A stretch of 64,000 nt of DNA from Actinomycetes bacterium (GCA_023460975.1 JAEWOG010000090.1:47670-111669), one strand, 5' to 3'; positions 44,937 to 56,900 are shown, counted from the first letter of the stretch. Made by a program: numbers and translations. The notes: generated by a model not told the origin, from the letters alone.

Positions 44937-47545
44937 GCTCCCCCTTCCAACGTGGCGATCACCGAGTCGAGTTCGTCTGGCTTGACCAGCACGTCACGAG
45001 CCTTGGAACCCTCGCTGGGGCCCACGACCCCGCGACTTTCCATGATGTCCATCAGTCGTCCCGCCTTGGCGAAGCCGACCCGCAGCTTGCGCTGCAGCAT
45101 CGACGTCGACCCGAACTGGGTCGACACCACGAGCTCGATGGCCTGGACGACCAGGTCGAGGTCGTCACCGATGTCGTCGTCGAGGTCGCGCTTGGACGCC
45201 GCGGGCGCCGTGACCTCCTCGACGTAGGTGGGCTCCAACTGCTCCTTGCACGCAGCCACGACCTGGGCGATCTCGCCCTCGCCGACCCATGACCCCTGGA
45301 CGCGGATCGGCTTGGACGCCCCCATCGGCAGGAACAGGCCGTCACCCTGACCCACCAGCTTCTCGGCGCCGGGCTGGTCGAGGATGACTCGGCTGTCGGC
45401 GAGCGAGCTGGTGGCGAACGCCAGTCGCGAGGGCACGTTGGCCTTGATCAGACCGGTCACCACGTCCACCGACGGACGCTGCGTCGCGAGCACCAGGTGG
45501 ATGCCGGCCGCGCGGGCCAGCTGCGTGATGCGCACGACCGCGTCCTCGACGTCGCGCGGGGCGACCATCATGAGGTCCGCGAGCTCGTCGACGACGACCA
45601 GCAGGTACGGGTACGGCGACAGCACCCGCTCGCTGCCCGGCGGCACCTCGACGGTCCCGGCACGCACGGCCTTGTTGAAGTCGTCGACGTGACGGAACCC
45701 GAAGTTGGCCAGGTCGTCGTAGCGCATGTCCATCTCGCGCACGACCCACTGCAGGGCCTCGGCAGCCTTCTTGGGGTTGGTGATGATCGGGGTGATCAGG
45801 TGCGGGATGCCCTCGTACGCGTTGAGCTCCACGCGCTTGGGGTCGACCATGATCATGCGGACCTCGTCGGGCGTCGAGCGCATCAGCAGCGACGTGATCA
45901 TCGAGTTGATGAACGACGACTTTCCGGAGCCCGTCGCGCCGGCCACCAGCAGGTGCGGCATCTTCGCCAGGTTGGCGACCACGAAGCCGCCCTCGACGTC
46001 CTTGCCGACACCCGTGACCATCGGGTGGTGGTTGTTGCGCGCCACCGGGGAGCGCAACACGTCACCCAGGGTCACGATCTCCTTGTCGACGTTGGGGATC
46101 TCGACGCCGACCGCGGACTTGCCCGGGATCGGCGACAGGATCCGCACGTCGGCGGAGGCGACCGCGTAGGCGATGTTCTTCTGGATGTTGGTGATCTTCT
46201 CGACCTTCACACCCGGCCCGAGCTCGACCTCGTAGCGCGTCACGGTCGGGCCGCGCGTGTATCCGGTGACCGCCGCGTCGATGTTGAACTCGTCGAGCAC
46301 CTGGGTGAGTCGGTCGACCACGTTGTCGCTGGCGGCCGACTTGGGCTTGTGGGGCGAACCCGCCTTGAGCACGTCGCTGCCGGGCAGTGAGTAGGTGACA
46401 TCACCGGAGAGGGCCAGCTGCTCCACGCGCTGCGGAAGGTCGGCGTGCGGCGGAGGAACCAGGTCCTCGGGGGCCGCGGACGCCGAGTCCTGCGCCGGTG
46501 GCGTGATCTCGGTCGGGGCGTCCGCGAACAGGTCGATGCCGACGTCGCCGGTGTCCTCAGCGGCCGAGTCTGCGTCGAGCTCCATCGCCACGTCGAGGGC
46601 GTCGCGCTTGCGACCGCGTCGCTTCTTCGGCTCCTCGGCCACGAGCGCGGAGTCGTACGCCGGGTCTCCGAGATCGGGGTCCAGCTCGCCCGAACGGCGC
46701 CGGCGAGTGGCACCCTCCTCATCCTCGGCCGGCGCCCGGCCGGTCACGGAGTCGGTGAGCGCATGCAGCTTGGCGGGAATCTGGTAGAGCGGCGTCGCCG
46801 TGATGATCAGGACACCGAAGAACGACAGGAGCCCCAGCAGCGGCACGACCACGTACGGCGTGCGGAACAGGTCGAGAAGCAGGCTCGAGACCATGTAGCC
46901 CACCGCTCCCCCGGCATCGCGCAGCGCAGTGGTGTCCCCCGGCGTCGGCTGAGGGCTGCCGTTGGCCACGTGAACGATCCCCAGCAGCCCGAGGCCGAAG
47001 GCGCCCCAGCCGATGAGTTGACGTCCGAGGGGACCGTTGTGGATCGGGTCCCGCATCGTCCGCCATCCGGCGTAGACGAGGAAGAGCGGCACGAGCCACC
47101 CCACCTTGCCCACGACGCCCTGGCTCACCTGGCGCATGAACTCCATGACACCGCCGGGCAACTGCCACCAGACCGCACCGGCCACGACCACCGCGAGGCC
47201 GATGAGCAGCAGACCGGCCCCGTCGCGGCGGTGCTCCGGGTCGAGGTCACGCGCCGAGCGACCGATGGATCGCACGAGCGACCCCACACCGTGGGCGAAC
47301 CCCATCCACGCAGTCACGAGCAGCCGCCCCAGCGCGGTGAACAGGCGCGAGACCGGGCCGGGCCCGTTGCGCACTGCTCGGGGCGCGGGACGGTTCGCCG
47401 GGCGCTTGGCCGGCGTTCGTGAGGAGGAACGGGTGCTGGTACTCCGCGATCGGGTGCTCGAACTCTTCGATCCACCTCGCGAGGAGGTGGACTTGGACGT
47501 GTTCGAACTCCGCGACCTCGGCGGGGAAGACGTACGGGTCGCCAT
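44933..47545 (-). CDS. ftsK: DNA translocase FtsK
   Basis: Four N-terminal TM helices, a Pro/Asp-rich linker, a single motor domain (Walker [16 protein letters not shown]), and a C-terminal gamma winged helix ([24 protein letters not shown]). Confidence 0.95.
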   Translation of the reverse strand: MATRTSSPPRSRSSNTSKSTSSRGGSKSSSTRSRSTSTRSSSRTPAKRPANRPAPRAVRNGPGPVSRLFTALGRLLVTAWMGFAHGVGSLVRSIGRSARDLDPEHRRDGAGLLLIGLAVVVAGAVWWQLPGGVMEFMRQVSQGVVGKVGWLVPLFLVYAGWRTMRDPIHNGPLGRQLIGWGAFGLGLLGIVHVANGSPQPTPGDTTALRDAGGAVGYMVSSLLLDLFRTPYVVVPLLGLLSFFGVLIITATPLYQIPAKLHALTDSVTGRAPAEDEEGATRRRRSGELDPDLGDPAYDSALVAEEPKKRRGRKRDALDVAMELDADSAAEDTGDVGIDLFADAPTEITPPAQDSASAAPEDLVPPPHADLPQRVEQLALSGDVTYSLPGSDVLKAGSPHKPKSAASDNVVDRLTQVLDEFNIDAAVTGYTRGPTVTRYEVELGPGVKVEKITNIQKNIAYAVASADVRILSPIPGKSAVGVEIPNVDKEIVTLGDVLRSPVARNNHHPMVTGVGKDVEGGFVVANLAKMPHLLVAGATGSGKSSFINSMITSLLMRSTPDEVRMIMVDPKRVELNAYEGIPHLITPIITNPKKAAEALQWVVREMDMRYDDLANFGFRHVDDFNKAVRAGTVEVPPGSERVLSPYPYLLVVVDELADLMMVAPRDVEDAVVRITQLARAAGIHLVLATQRPSVDVVTGLIKANVPSRLAFATSSLADSRVILDQPGAEKLVGQGDGLFLPMGASKPIRVQGSWVGEGEIAQVVAACKEQLEPTYVEEVTAPAASKRDLDDDIGDDLDLVVQAIELVVSTQFGSTSMLQRKLRVGFAKAGRLMDIMESRGVVGPSEGSKARDVLVKPDELDSVIATLEGGA

Positions 47546-47700
47546 GGTCTCGACCCTAAGGGAGAGTCACACCAGCCCCACGGACCACACGCGAGCGTGT
47601 CGCAGAGACCTCCACGACGGCAATAGATTCTCCGGAGGGTGTTCCCAACAGCCGAATGTTCTCCCTAAGGTGAACCAGATCACCTCCAATTCGGGCGGAG

Positions 47701-50700
47701 GTGGAACTCTTGGGAGACAGTGTGAAGAACCTCAGCAGAGGACTCGCGCTCGCTGTGATCGGAGCCGGCCTCGCTGCCGTCCCGTTCGCGGCGGTGCCCG
47801 CGTCCGCGGCCCCTTCGACACCGGACGGTCGGGCTGCGATGTCCGCCGCCGCCGAAGGCAAGGTCGATTTCGCAACCAACCCGGCCACTGGCCGAGTGGC
47901 ATTCGCCCGCGCCAGGGCCGGCGGCGACCTCATGTCGGCGCAGCAGGCGCAGGGCCGATCCGGCGCGATCACGAAGTCGCGTACCTATCTGGACCGCTTC
48001 GCGGGCAACTTCGGCGCACGCGCTGGCGAACTGCGCCAGTCCGAGGTGTTCGCCGACGACACCGGCTGGACCGTCACGTACACGCAGACCTTCCAGGGCG
48101 TGCCCGTCTTCGGGGCCGAGCTCAAGGCGCACGTCGACCGCGACGGCGACCTCACCTCGGTCAACGGCTACGCGGCACCGGGGCTGAACCTGTCGGTCAC
48201 CCCGCGCGTCACGAAGGCTGAGGCCAGCACGCGCGCGTTGGGCGCCGTGAAGGCCAAGCCCGCCGGATACGAGGACGGCCTGCCCGCGGCAGCGAAGAGG
48301 GGTCTGGAGGTCCGCTCCGCCGACCTCACCGTCTACCGCATGGGCTCCACCCGCGGCATCACCGGCGAGGCCAAGCTCGCCTGGGCCGTGGAGGTGTGGA
48401 ACAAGTCGACGATCCGCGAGTTCCTGATCCTCGACGCCGCGACGGGCAAGCCGCTCAACCGCTGGTCGATGATGGCTCACGCACTCGACCGCGAGCTGTA
48501 CGAGGCCTACCGCGACGACAACGGCACCCCGGACAACCCGGACGATGACTTCGTCGGCGGCCTCGACACCCCGGTGTGGAGCGAAGGCGATGCGTTCCCG
48601 GGCCAGCTCGACGAGGACCAGCAGAACGAGGTCCTCGCCACCGGCGAGTCGTACTGGATGTTCAAGAACACCTTCGGCTACGACTCGTGGGACGGTGCCG
48701 GCACCACGATGATCACCGTCAACAACGACCCGCGCATCGCGTGCCCGAACGCCAACTGGAACGGCGTCACGACCAACTACTGCTCCGGCGTCACCGGCGA
48801 CGACACCGTGGCGCACGAGTGGGGCCACGCCTACACCGAGTCGACCTCCGGCCTGATCTACCAGTGGCAGGCGGGTGCGATGAACGAGGCTTACTCCGAC
48901 ATCTGGGGTGAGACCGTCGACATGCTCAACAGCCGTCACAACGAGGGAGGCGAGACGGAGGCGGCGCCGGTGTACCGCACCCCGGGGGCCTGCTCAGTCG
49001 ACCAGCCCGCCCCGTACGACCTAACGGTCTCGATCACGGCACCGGCAGAGATCGCCGGCGAGTGCAACGCGGCCACCGGATTCGGCCCGGACTTGCCCAA
49101 CGGTGAGATCACGGCAGAGGTCATCGTCGCCACCGACGACGCGGCGAGCGGCAGCACGACCGACGGCTGCACGCCGTTCACCAACGCTGCGGCGATCGCG
49201 AACAAGTGGGCCTATGTAGACCGGGGCGCCTGCTCCTTCCAGGACAAGGCGGACAACGCCACCGCCGCCGGAGCCCAGGGCCTGATCGTCGGCAACAACA
49301 CCGGCACCGCGCCTCCCGGCATGGCGGGCGACGGCACGATCTACACGCTCGGCGTGAGCATGGCCGACGGCACCCGGATCAAGTCCGTGGACGGTCCCAC
49401 CACCATGTCGATCCTGCGTGACGAGTCGCGCTACACCGACGACACCTACCGCTGGCTTTCCGGCGAGTCGGACCCCGCGTTCGGTGGCGCCATCCGCGAC
49501 CTGTGGAACCCGAACTGCTACGGCGACCCGGGCAAGGTGTCCGACGCTGAATACCACTGCGGCGCCGACGACTCCGGCGGTGTCCACACCAACTCCGGTG
49601 TGGTCAACCGTGCGTTCGCCATGCTGGTGGACGGCATGGACGGGCAGGGCACGGGCATCGGCCTCGACAAGGCTGCCAACCTGTTCTGGCACACCCAGGT
49701 CAACTACCTGACGCCGACGTCGTACTTCCCCGACCTGGCCAACGGCCTCGAGGCCAGCTGCCAGCAGCTGACGGGCGTGGACATCAACAAGGTCACCCTC
49801 GGCAACCCGTCCGAGGCGGATGGCTCCGACGGGGCTGCGGTGCCGGAGACCATCTCCGGCGGCCTGACCGCGGCAGACTGCGGCAAGCTCGCCGACGTCA
49901 TCGCCGACGTCGAGCTGCGCATGGACCCGACCGAGCAGTGCGAGTGGGTGCCGCTGCTGGCGCCCGGTGCTCCCGGCCTGGACTGCGGGACGGGGACCGA
50001 GGAGTCGGTCTCCTACTCGGAGGACTTCGAGGACGGTCTGGACGGGTGGACCCAGGACGAGGAGCTCGGCTTCGACTTCTCCGAGGGAATCGCTTGGGAG
50101 CCATCCACGGCGGCACCCGGCGGCCACGCGGGTGGGGTGGCCTTTGGCCCCGACCCGGTCGCGGGCGTGTGTGGTGACGTCGGTGACCTGACGAGTCGCA
50201 ACGGACTCATCAGCCCGGCCATCACGGTGCCGTCCGGCACCTCGGCGCGCATGCAGTTCGACCACTACGTGGCCACCGAGGCCACGTGGGACGGTGGCAA
50301 CGTCAAGATCGCGGTCAACGGCGGCGACTTCGAGCTCGTTCCCGCCTCGGCGTTCCTCCACAACGCCCCCGCCGGAACGATGGACCCCGACTCCGGTCCC
50401 ATGGGCGGCCAGCCCGCGTGGACCGGATCCGACGGCGGAGAGATGACGGGCTCGTGGGGCACCAGCGTGATCGATCTGGCTGCTGCGGGAGCCAACGCCG
50501 GAGACTCCATCCAGGTGCGCTTCGACATGGCGCGCGACGGCTGCAACGGACTCGACGGCTGGTACGTCGACAACGTCAAGGTCTCCTCGTGCACCGACGT
50601 CGTGGCAGACGTGGCCACCAAGACCACCGCTGTCCACGTTCCGGAGCCGTCCACGTACGGCACCACGTCGAAGGTGGAGGTGACCGTCGCCCGTGATGGT

Positions 50701-51207
50701 TCCTCCGGCGCTGCACCGACCGGTGTGGTCGAGCTCGTCGATTCGACGGGGGCGAAGGTCGCCACCGGGACGCTGGCGAATGGCAAGGCCACCTTGGTCC
50801 TGCCGGCAACGCTGCCAGTGGGCGCACACGCGATGACCGCCAAGTACCTGGGTGGCAACGGCTTCGCCGCCAGCCAGGTGGCACTGACCGTGACCGTGAC
50901 GGCCCCGGGCGAGGAGATCACCTCCACGACGAAGGTGAAGATCACGCCGAAGGCACCCAAGGCCCACAAGAAGTTCAAGATCAAGGTGAAGGTCAAGGCC
51001 TCCGACGGCTCCAAGCTCACCGAGGGCACGGTCGTCGTCCGCATCGACGGAAAGGTCGTCGGCAAGGGCACGGTCAAGAACGGCAAGCTCACCATCACCC
51101 TCAAGAAGGGGCTGAAGGCGGGCAAGCACAAGCTCGTGGCGAAGTACAAGGGGACCTCGACGGTCCAAGGCAGCAAGGCCACGATGAAGTTCAAGGTCCG
51201 TCGCTGA
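47701..51207 (+). CDS. Secreted M4 (thermolysin-family) metalloprotease with propeptide, inserted PA domain and C-terminal Ig-like domains
   Basis: Signal peptide ...AVPASAAP. Zinc motif VAHEWGHAYTE plus the third ligand region GAMNEAYSDIWGE. PA-like insert (WAYVDRGACSFQDKADNATAAGAQGLIV). Two Ig-like repeats, the last Lys-rich and ending KFKVRR. The start is GTG 47701, TTG 47710 or GTG 47722. Confidence 0.85.
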   Translation: MELLGDSVKNLSRGLALAVIGAGLAAVPFAAVPASAAPSTPDGRAAMSAAAEGKVDFATNPATGRVAFARARAGGDLMSAQQAQGRSGAITKSRTYLDRFAGNFGARAGELRQSEVFADDTGWTVTYTQTFQGVPVFGAELKAHVDRDGDLTSVNGYAAPGLNLSVTPRVTKAEASTRALGAVKAKPAGYEDGLPAAAKRGLEVRSADLTVYRMGSTRGITGEAKLAWAVEVWNKSTIREFLILDAATGKPLNRWSMMAHALDRELYEAYRDDNGTPDNPDDDFVGGLDTPVWSEGDAFPGQLDEDQQNEVLATGESYWMFKNTFGYDSWDGAGTTMITVNNDPRIACPNANWNGVTTNYCSGVTGDDTVAHEWGHAYTESTSGLIYQWQAGAMNEAYSDIWGETVDMLNSRHNEGGETEAAPVYRTPGACSVDQPAPYDLTVSITAPAEIAGECNAATGFGPDLPNGEITAEVIVATDDAASGSTTDGCTPFTNAAAIANKWAYVDRGACSFQDKADNATAAGAQGLIVGNNTGTAPPGMAGDGTIYTLGVSMADGTRIKSVDGPTTMSILRDESRYTDDTYRWLSGESDPAFGGAIRDLWNPNCYGDPGKVSDAEYHCGADDSGGVHTNSGVVNRAFAMLVDGMDGQGTGIGLDKAANLFWHTQVNYLTPTSYFPDLANGLEASCQQLTGVDINKVTLGNPSEADGSDGAAVPETISGGLTAADCGKLADVIADVELRMDPTEQCEWVPLLAPGAPGLDCGTGTEESVSYSEDFEDGLDGWTQDEELGFDFSEGIAWEPSTAAPGGHAGGVAFGPDPVAGVCGDVGDLTSRNGLISPAITVPSGTSARMQFDHYVATEATWDGGNVKIAVNGGDFELVPASAFLHNAPAGTMDPDSGPMGGQPAWTGSDGGEMTGSWGTSVIDLAAAGANAGDSIQVRFDMARDGCNGLDGWYVDNVKVSSCTDVVADVATKTTAVHVPEPSTYGTTSKVEVTVARDGSSGAAPTGVVELVDSTGAKVATGTLANGKATLVLPATLPVGAHAMTAKYLGGNGFAASQVALTVTVTAPGEEITSTTKVKITPKAPKAHKKFKIKVKVKASDGSKLTEGTVVVRIDGKVVGKGTVKNGKLTITLKKGLKAGKHKLVAKYKGTSTVQGSKATMKFKVRR

Positions 51208-51225
51208 CGGATCCCGCACAGGTAC

Positions 51226-51254
51226 GGCGCCCCTCCACGATTCGGAGGGGCGCC
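51226..51254 (+). terminator. Intrinsic terminator-like hairpin after the M4 protease gene
   Basis: ggcgcccctcc-acgattc-ggaggggcgcc followed by gtcctgtttcgg (a weak T-run), 19 nt after the stop. Confidence 0.65.
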
Positions 51255-51403
51255 GTCCTGTTTCGGCATAGGGCCCTTTGAAGGACCATGTGCCCGAACA
51301 GATGGGGCCTTCAAGCCCTGCCAACGCGATCCGGCGTCGTCGTACCGTGCCAGAGTGCCCGCTGTAGGTAGGGGGCCAGTCACGACTTCCTGGAAGGATC
51401 CAC

Positions 51404-52840
51404 ATGGACGTCCTCGAGATTGCGCGATGGCAATTCGGCATCACGACGGTCTACCACTTCTTGTTCGTGCCGATCACCATCGGCCTCTCGCTCCTCATCG
51501 CGATCCTGCAGACGATGTGGTTGCGCTCGAAGAACCCCGACTACCTGAGACTCACGAAGTTCTTCGGGAAGTTGTTCCTCATCAACTTCGCCCTCGGCCT
51601 GGTGACGGGCATCGTGCAGGAGTTCCAGTTCGGCATGAACTGGTCTGACTACTCCCGATTCGTGGGCGACATCTTCGGCGCACCGCTGGCCATCGAGGCG
51701 CTGCTCGCGTTCTTCCTCGAGTCCACCTTCATCGGGCTGTGGATCTTCGGTTGGGACAAGCTCCCCCGCACCCTGCACGCCGCCTGCATGTGGATCGTGC
51801 ACCTCGGCACGCTGGCCTCGTCGTGGTTCATCCTCGCGGCGAACTCCTGGATGCAGCACCCGGTCGGATACACCTACAACGCCGAATCAGGTCGCGCAGA
51901 GCTCACCGACTTCGCGGCGGTGATGTTCAACAAGGTCCAGTTGGTGACGTTCCCGCACGTCGTGCTGGCTGCGTACATGACCGCTGGCGCCTTCGTCCTC
52001 GGCATCTGCGCCTACCTGTACGTCAAGCGCGCCGACGACCGTGACATGTACCGCCGTGGCATTCGCTTCGGCGCCGTCGTCGCGCTCATCGCGGGCCTCG
52101 GTGTCGCCATCACGGGCGACTTCCAGGGCAAGATCATGACCGAGGTCCAGCCCATGAAGATGGCGGCTGCCGAGGGGTTGTACGAGACCACCACGACTGC
52201 GCCCTTCTCGGTGCTCACCATCGGGCGGCTGGACGGGTCAGAGGCCACGCCGATCATCGAGATCCACGGGCTGCTGTCCTTCCTGGGCACCGGCTCCTTC
52301 AACGGCGAGGTGCAAGGCATCAACGAGCTCCGTGAGCAGTACCAGGAGCAGTTCGGCAGCGACCCAGGCGCGCGCTACTACTCGGCGGGCGACTTCACGC
52401 CCAACATCCCGGTGACGTACTGGTCCTTCCGGTTCATGATCGGACTCGGGATGCTCGTCGCGGCAGGAGCCGCACTGATCCTCTACCTCACCCGCAAGGG
52501 CCGGGTCCCGACATCGAAGTGGTTCGCCAGGTTCGGCATCGCGATGCCGTTCGCGGCAGTGTTCGCCAGCTCGTTCGGGTGGATCTTCACCGAGATGGGC
52601 CGCCAGCCCTGGGTCGTGTTCGGCCTGATGACGACCGAGCACGGGGTCTCCCCCGGCGTGAGCGTCGCCGAGGCCTGGATCGGGGTCATCACGTTCACCC
52701 TGCTCTACGGCGTCCTCGCCGTGATCGAGATGGGTCTGATCATCAAGTACGTCAAGCGCGGCGCGGACCCGTACGAGGAGCCGCCCAGCGTCCCCCTGGG
52801 GGGCGTTGACGACGACAAGCCCATGGCATTCGCCTACTGA
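51404..52840 (+). CDS. cydA: Cytochrome bd ubiquinol oxidase subunit I
   Basis: MDVLEIARWQFGITTVYHFLFVPITIGL (heme b558 His region), the Q-loop, GRQPW motif. A GGAAGGA RBS lies upstream. Confidence 0.95.
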   Translation: MDVLEIARWQFGITTVYHFLFVPITIGLSLLIAILQTMWLRSKNPDYLRLTKFFGKLFLINFALGLVTGIVQEFQFGMNWSDYSRFVGDIFGAPLAIEALLAFFLESTFIGLWIFGWDKLPRTLHAACMWIVHLGTLASSWFILAANSWMQHPVGYTYNAESGRAELTDFAAVMFNKVQLVTFPHVVLAAYMTAGAFVLGICAYLYVKRADDRDMYRRGIRFGAVVALIAGLGVAITGDFQGKIMTEVQPMKMAAAEGLYETTTTAPFSVLTIGRLDGSEATPIIEIHGLLSFLGTGSFNGEVQGINELREQYQEQFGSDPGARYYSAGDFTPNIPVTYWSFRFMIGLGMLVAAGAALILYLTRKGRVPTSKWFARFGIAMPFAAVFASSFGWIFTEMGRQPWVVFGLMTTEHGVSPGVSVAEAWIGVITFTLLYGVLAVIEMGLIIKYVKRGADPYEEPPSVPLGGVDDDKPMAFAY

Positions 52841-52858
52841 TCGCCGAGGAGCACAGCT

Positions 52859-53917
52859 ATGGAACTCACCACCGTCTGGTTCGCCCTCGTCGCGATCCTG
52901 TGGATCGGATACTTCTGCCTCGAGGGCTTCGACTTCGGCGTCGGCATGCTGCTGCCGATCCTCTCCAAGAACGAGAAGGAGAAGCGCGTCCTCTACAACA
53001 CCATCGGCCCCGTCTGGGACGGCAACGAGGTGTGGGTGCTCACTGCTGGCGGCGCGATCTTCGCGGCCTTCCCGCTGTGGTACGCCACCCTGTTCAGCGG
53101 GTTCTTCATCCCGCTGCTGCTGATCCTCGTGGCGCTGATCGTGCGCAACCTCGCCTTCGACTACCGCGGCAAGAAGGACAGTGACTCGTGGCGTCGCGGC
53201 TGGGACATGGCCGCCATCTTCGGGTCGTACGTCCCCGCGCTGCTGTGGGGCGTGGCCTTCGCCAACATCGTCGCCGGCACCAAGATCGAGCCGTTGCCCG
53301 GCAACCCGGCCGAGGCCCGCTTCTTCGAGTACACGGGCTTCCCCGTCCTGGACCTGCTCAACCCCTTGGGCATCCTCGGCGGTCTGGTGACCCTGACCCT
53401 CTTCATGACGCACGGCGCGATGTTCATCGCCCTCAAGACCGACGGCGACATCCGGCACCGTGCCCGCGCCTTCTCCGTCAAGGTGGGCCTGGTCGCCGCG
53501 GTCCTGGCGGTCGCGTTCATGACGTGGATGCAGATCGAGACCGGATCCGTCGGTTCGGGTGTCGCCTTCGTCGCGGCCGCCGTGGCCCTGGTCGGCGGGC
53601 TGTTCGCGGCCAAGGCGGGGCGCGAAGGTCTGGCCTTCATCGGCACGTTCCTCACCATCGGGTTGGCGGTTGCCGGGCTCTTCCTGGCGCTCTTCCCCGA
53701 CGTGATGCCCTCCTCGATCGATCCCGCGTTCTCCCTTACCGCCGAGAACGCAGCGTCCACCGCGTACACGCTCAAGCTGATGACCGTCGTCGCGCTGGTG
53801 TTCACGCCGATCGTGCTCATCTACCAGGCGTGGAGCTACTGGATCTTCCGCAAGCGGATCTCCGTGCACCACATCCCGGACCCGGTCGCCGAACCGGTCG
53901 CCGGTCCCGCCGCGTGA
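52859..53917 (+). CDS. cydB: Cytochrome bd ubiquinol oxidase subunit II
   Basis: N-terminus LTTVWFALVAILWIGYFCLEGFDFGVGML and WDGNEVWL-like VWDGNEVWVL. Confidence 0.9.
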   Translation: MELTTVWFALVAILWIGYFCLEGFDFGVGMLLPILSKNEKEKRVLYNTIGPVWDGNEVWVLTAGGAIFAAFPLWYATLFSGFFIPLLLILVALIVRNLAFDYRGKKDSDSWRRGWDMAAIFGSYVPALLWGVAFANIVAGTKIEPLPGNPAEARFFEYTGFPVLDLLNPLGILGGLVTLTLFMTHGAMFIALKTDGDIRHRARAFSVKVGLVAAVLAVAFMTWMQIETGSVGSGVAFVAAAVALVGGLFAAKAGREGLAFIGTFLTIGLAVAGLFLALFPDVMPSSIDPAFSLTAENAASTAYTLKLMTVVALVFTPIVLIYQAWSYWIFRKRISVHHIPDPVAEPVAGPAA

Positions 53918-56900
53918 GGCCTCTCGACGGACGCGTCCTCGGCCACCTGAGTCCCGCTCGCGGGGCCCTGGTGGCCGTGGTCGCGTCGGGGATCACCAGC
54001 GGGCTGCTGACCATCGCCCAGGCCTTCCTCCTCGCCTCGCTGGTGGTCCGCCTGGTGGCGGATCCGACCCGCACGGACTGGCACCCCTTGGCCCTCGCCC
54101 TCGTGCTGGTCGTGACGGGGCGGGCCGGGTGCTCCTACATCAGTGACACCTGCGCCGTACGCGCGGCGGGGCAGGTCTCGACGAGGCTGCGCGAGCGCCT
54201 CCTCAGCGCTGCAGAACGTCTTCCGGAGGCCGAGCGCCCGGCCACCGCGGACCTCACGGTCCTGGCCACGCGCGGCGTGGCCGCAGTCGAGCCGTACGTG
54301 ACGCGCTACCTGCCGGCACTGGTGCCGGCGGTGGTCCTGCCAGTGGCCACGATCGTGGCCATCTGGTCGCAGGACTGGATCGCCGGCCTCATCGTCGTCG
54401 CGACCTTGCCCCTCGTCCCGCTCTTCGCGGCATTGATCGGGATGGCCACCCAGGAGCGCGCCCAGAAGCAGTGGCGCGAGATGGAGACGCTGTCGGGTCA
54501 CTTCCTGGACGTGGTCACGGGACTGCCGACGCTCGTGTCGCACCGGCGTGCCCGCGCCCAGGTCGACACCATCAGGGCCGTCACCCACCGTTACCGCCGC
54601 GCCACGGTGGACACACTCAAGATCGCCTTCGCCTCGTCCACCGTCCTGGAGTTGATCGCCACGCTGTCCGTCGCCCTGGTCGCGGTGGCGGTCGGTCTGA
54701 GGCTGGCCTCCGGCTCGGTCGAGTTCCAGATCGCCCTCACCGTCCTGCTGCTCGCGCCCGAGGCCTACTGGCCGCTGCGGCGCGTCGGAGCCGAGTTCCA
54801 CGCGGCCGCCGAGGGCACGGCTGCCCTGGCCGAGGCTGACGACCTGCTCGACCGGGCCGCCGGCGCCCAGGCGCCGGGCACGCGCGTACCCGACACCGTG
54901 GCCCTTGCCCTGCACGACCTGGAGGTCGGGTACGCCGGATCCCCCAGCCTCATCTCGCCACTACGGGTCGCCCTCCCCTCGACGGGGCTGCTGGCCCTGA
55001 CCGGGCCCTCCGGGTGCGGCAAGTCCACCCTGCTGGCGACCCTGCGGGGAACGCTCGCGCCCGCTGGCGGCCACGTGAGCGTGGGCGGCGTGGCGCTGGG
55101 CGACGTCGACCCCGCCTGGTGGCGCGCGCAGGTCGCGTGGGCTCCCCAACGCCCCTGGCTCGTCGCGGGATCAGTGGCCGACAACGTACGCCTCGCGCGG
55201 CCGGAAGCAGACGACGCTGAGGTGCTTGACGCGCTCGGGCGCGTGGGACTGCGCGAGTTCGTACTCGCCCTGCCCGGCGGGCTCAACGCTCCCCTCGGAG
55301 AGGACGGCGCGGGCCTCTCGGCGGGACAGCGCGCGCGCGTCGGCCTGGCGCGCGTCGTCCTGGCCCAGCGGCCGGTGGTGATCCTCGATGAGCCCACGGC
55401 CCACCTGGACGCCGACACCGAGTCGGTGCTGCTCACCACCCTGAGGCAACTGGCGCTCGACTCCCTCATCATCACCGTCGCCCACCGTCCGGCCCTCGTG
55501 GAGGCGGCCGATCTGGTCATCTCCCTCTCCCCCGCCCCGGGGGACGAGCCCGAGTCCGCGCCCGAGCGCATCGTCGTCCCCACCACCGCTCCGCCGACCC
55601 CGCTCGCCGCTGAGGCCTCGGACGCCTCCCCGGGGCACCGGTGGGGGCTGGGAAGCGCCACCCTGCTCGGCGCGCTGTCGGTGGCGTCAGGGGTCGCTCT
55701 GACCGCGACGGCCGGCTGGCTCATCACCCGCGCCTCCGAGCACCCGCCCGTCCTGCACCTCATGGTCGCCATCGTGGGGGTGCGGATGTTCGGTCTGGCC
55801 AGGCCCGCCCTGCGGCACGCGGAGCGCGTCATCAGCCACGACAGCGTCCTGCGCACACTCGCTGAGCGACGGGCGCAGGTCTTCGCGGCGCTCGTGCCCC
55901 TCGTCCCCGGTCGCCTCGGGCCGCGCCGCGGCGACCTGCTGACCAGCGTCGTCGATGACGTCGACGCCCTGCTCGATTCCCAGTTGCGCGTGAGGCAACC
56001 GCTCGTGACCGGACTGATCGTCGGCGCGGGCGCTGCCGTGTTCGCAGCCTTCCTCAACCCCGGCGCGGGGATGGTCGTCGCTGGCGTTGCCCTTGCTGGC
56101 CCGGCCGCGTTCTGGCTCGCGCGCACGTCCACCGGTCGGGCGGAGACCCGTCTGGTGACGGCACGCGCCGAACTCTCGGTCGGCGTGGAGGCGTACAGCG
56201 ACGGATTGGGCGAGCTGCAGCAGTGGGATCGGACCGCGCACGCCCTGCGGGAGATCGACCGGGCAGCCGAGGAGGCCACCCGCTCGTCTGCTCGAGCCGT
56301 TCGGGGAACGGCCGCCGGTCGAGCGCTCACGCAGGTCGCGGCGGGTCTCGGCATCGCCGCCATGGCCGCCGTGGCAGCGGGGCCCGTGACGAGTGAGAAC
56401 CTCGCTCTGCTGCTGCTCCTCCCCCTCGCCCTGGTCGACGCCAGCTCCCCGATGGCGGATGCGGGAGCACTCTCGGTGCGGACGGCTGCCGCACGGGCGC
56501 GACTGGAGGCGCTGGAGCAACTCTCGCCAGCGGTGAGCGACCCCGCCGACCCCCAGAGGTTGACCGCGGACCGCACGCTCACCCTCGACCGCGTGAGCGC
56601 CGCGTGGGACGAACGGTTGGCACTGGCCCCGCTCGACTGCGAGGTACGCCCCGGCGCCACGCTGGGCGTGGTGGGCGAAAGTGGCTCGGGCAAGTCGACC
56701 TTGGCCGCAGTCCTGGCTCGACACATCGACCCACGGGCCGGCACGTACTCGATCGGCGCGGTGCAGGCCCGCGACGTCCCGCTCGACGAGGTCCGCACCA
56801 CCGTGTGCCTGGTCGACGACGACCCGCACGTGTTCTCCTCCACGCTGGCCCAGAACGTACGGCTGGCGCGCCCCGACGCTGACGACGCCGCCGTCGCCGC

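Noticed and set aside
44933-47545. An FtsK-like ATPase could be the EccC/EssC motor that the WxG cassette would need.
   Set aside because: It has a single motor domain, four N-terminal TM helices and a C-terminal gamma (KOPS-binding) winged helix. It also sits in the conserved ftsK-rimO-pgsA position. This is the bona fide cell-division FtsK.
47556-47672. Two copies of ccctaagg about 107 bp apart in the ftsK / M4-protease divergent spacer.
   Set aside because: Only 8 bp, not palindromic, and with no supporting context. This is compatible with chance.
51255-51403. A CRP/FNR-type site (TGTGA-N6-TCACA) upstream of cydA, as described for mycobacterial cydAB.
   Set aside because: I could not find a convincing half-site pair, only loose fragments such as gtgcccgaacagat. 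No call is made.
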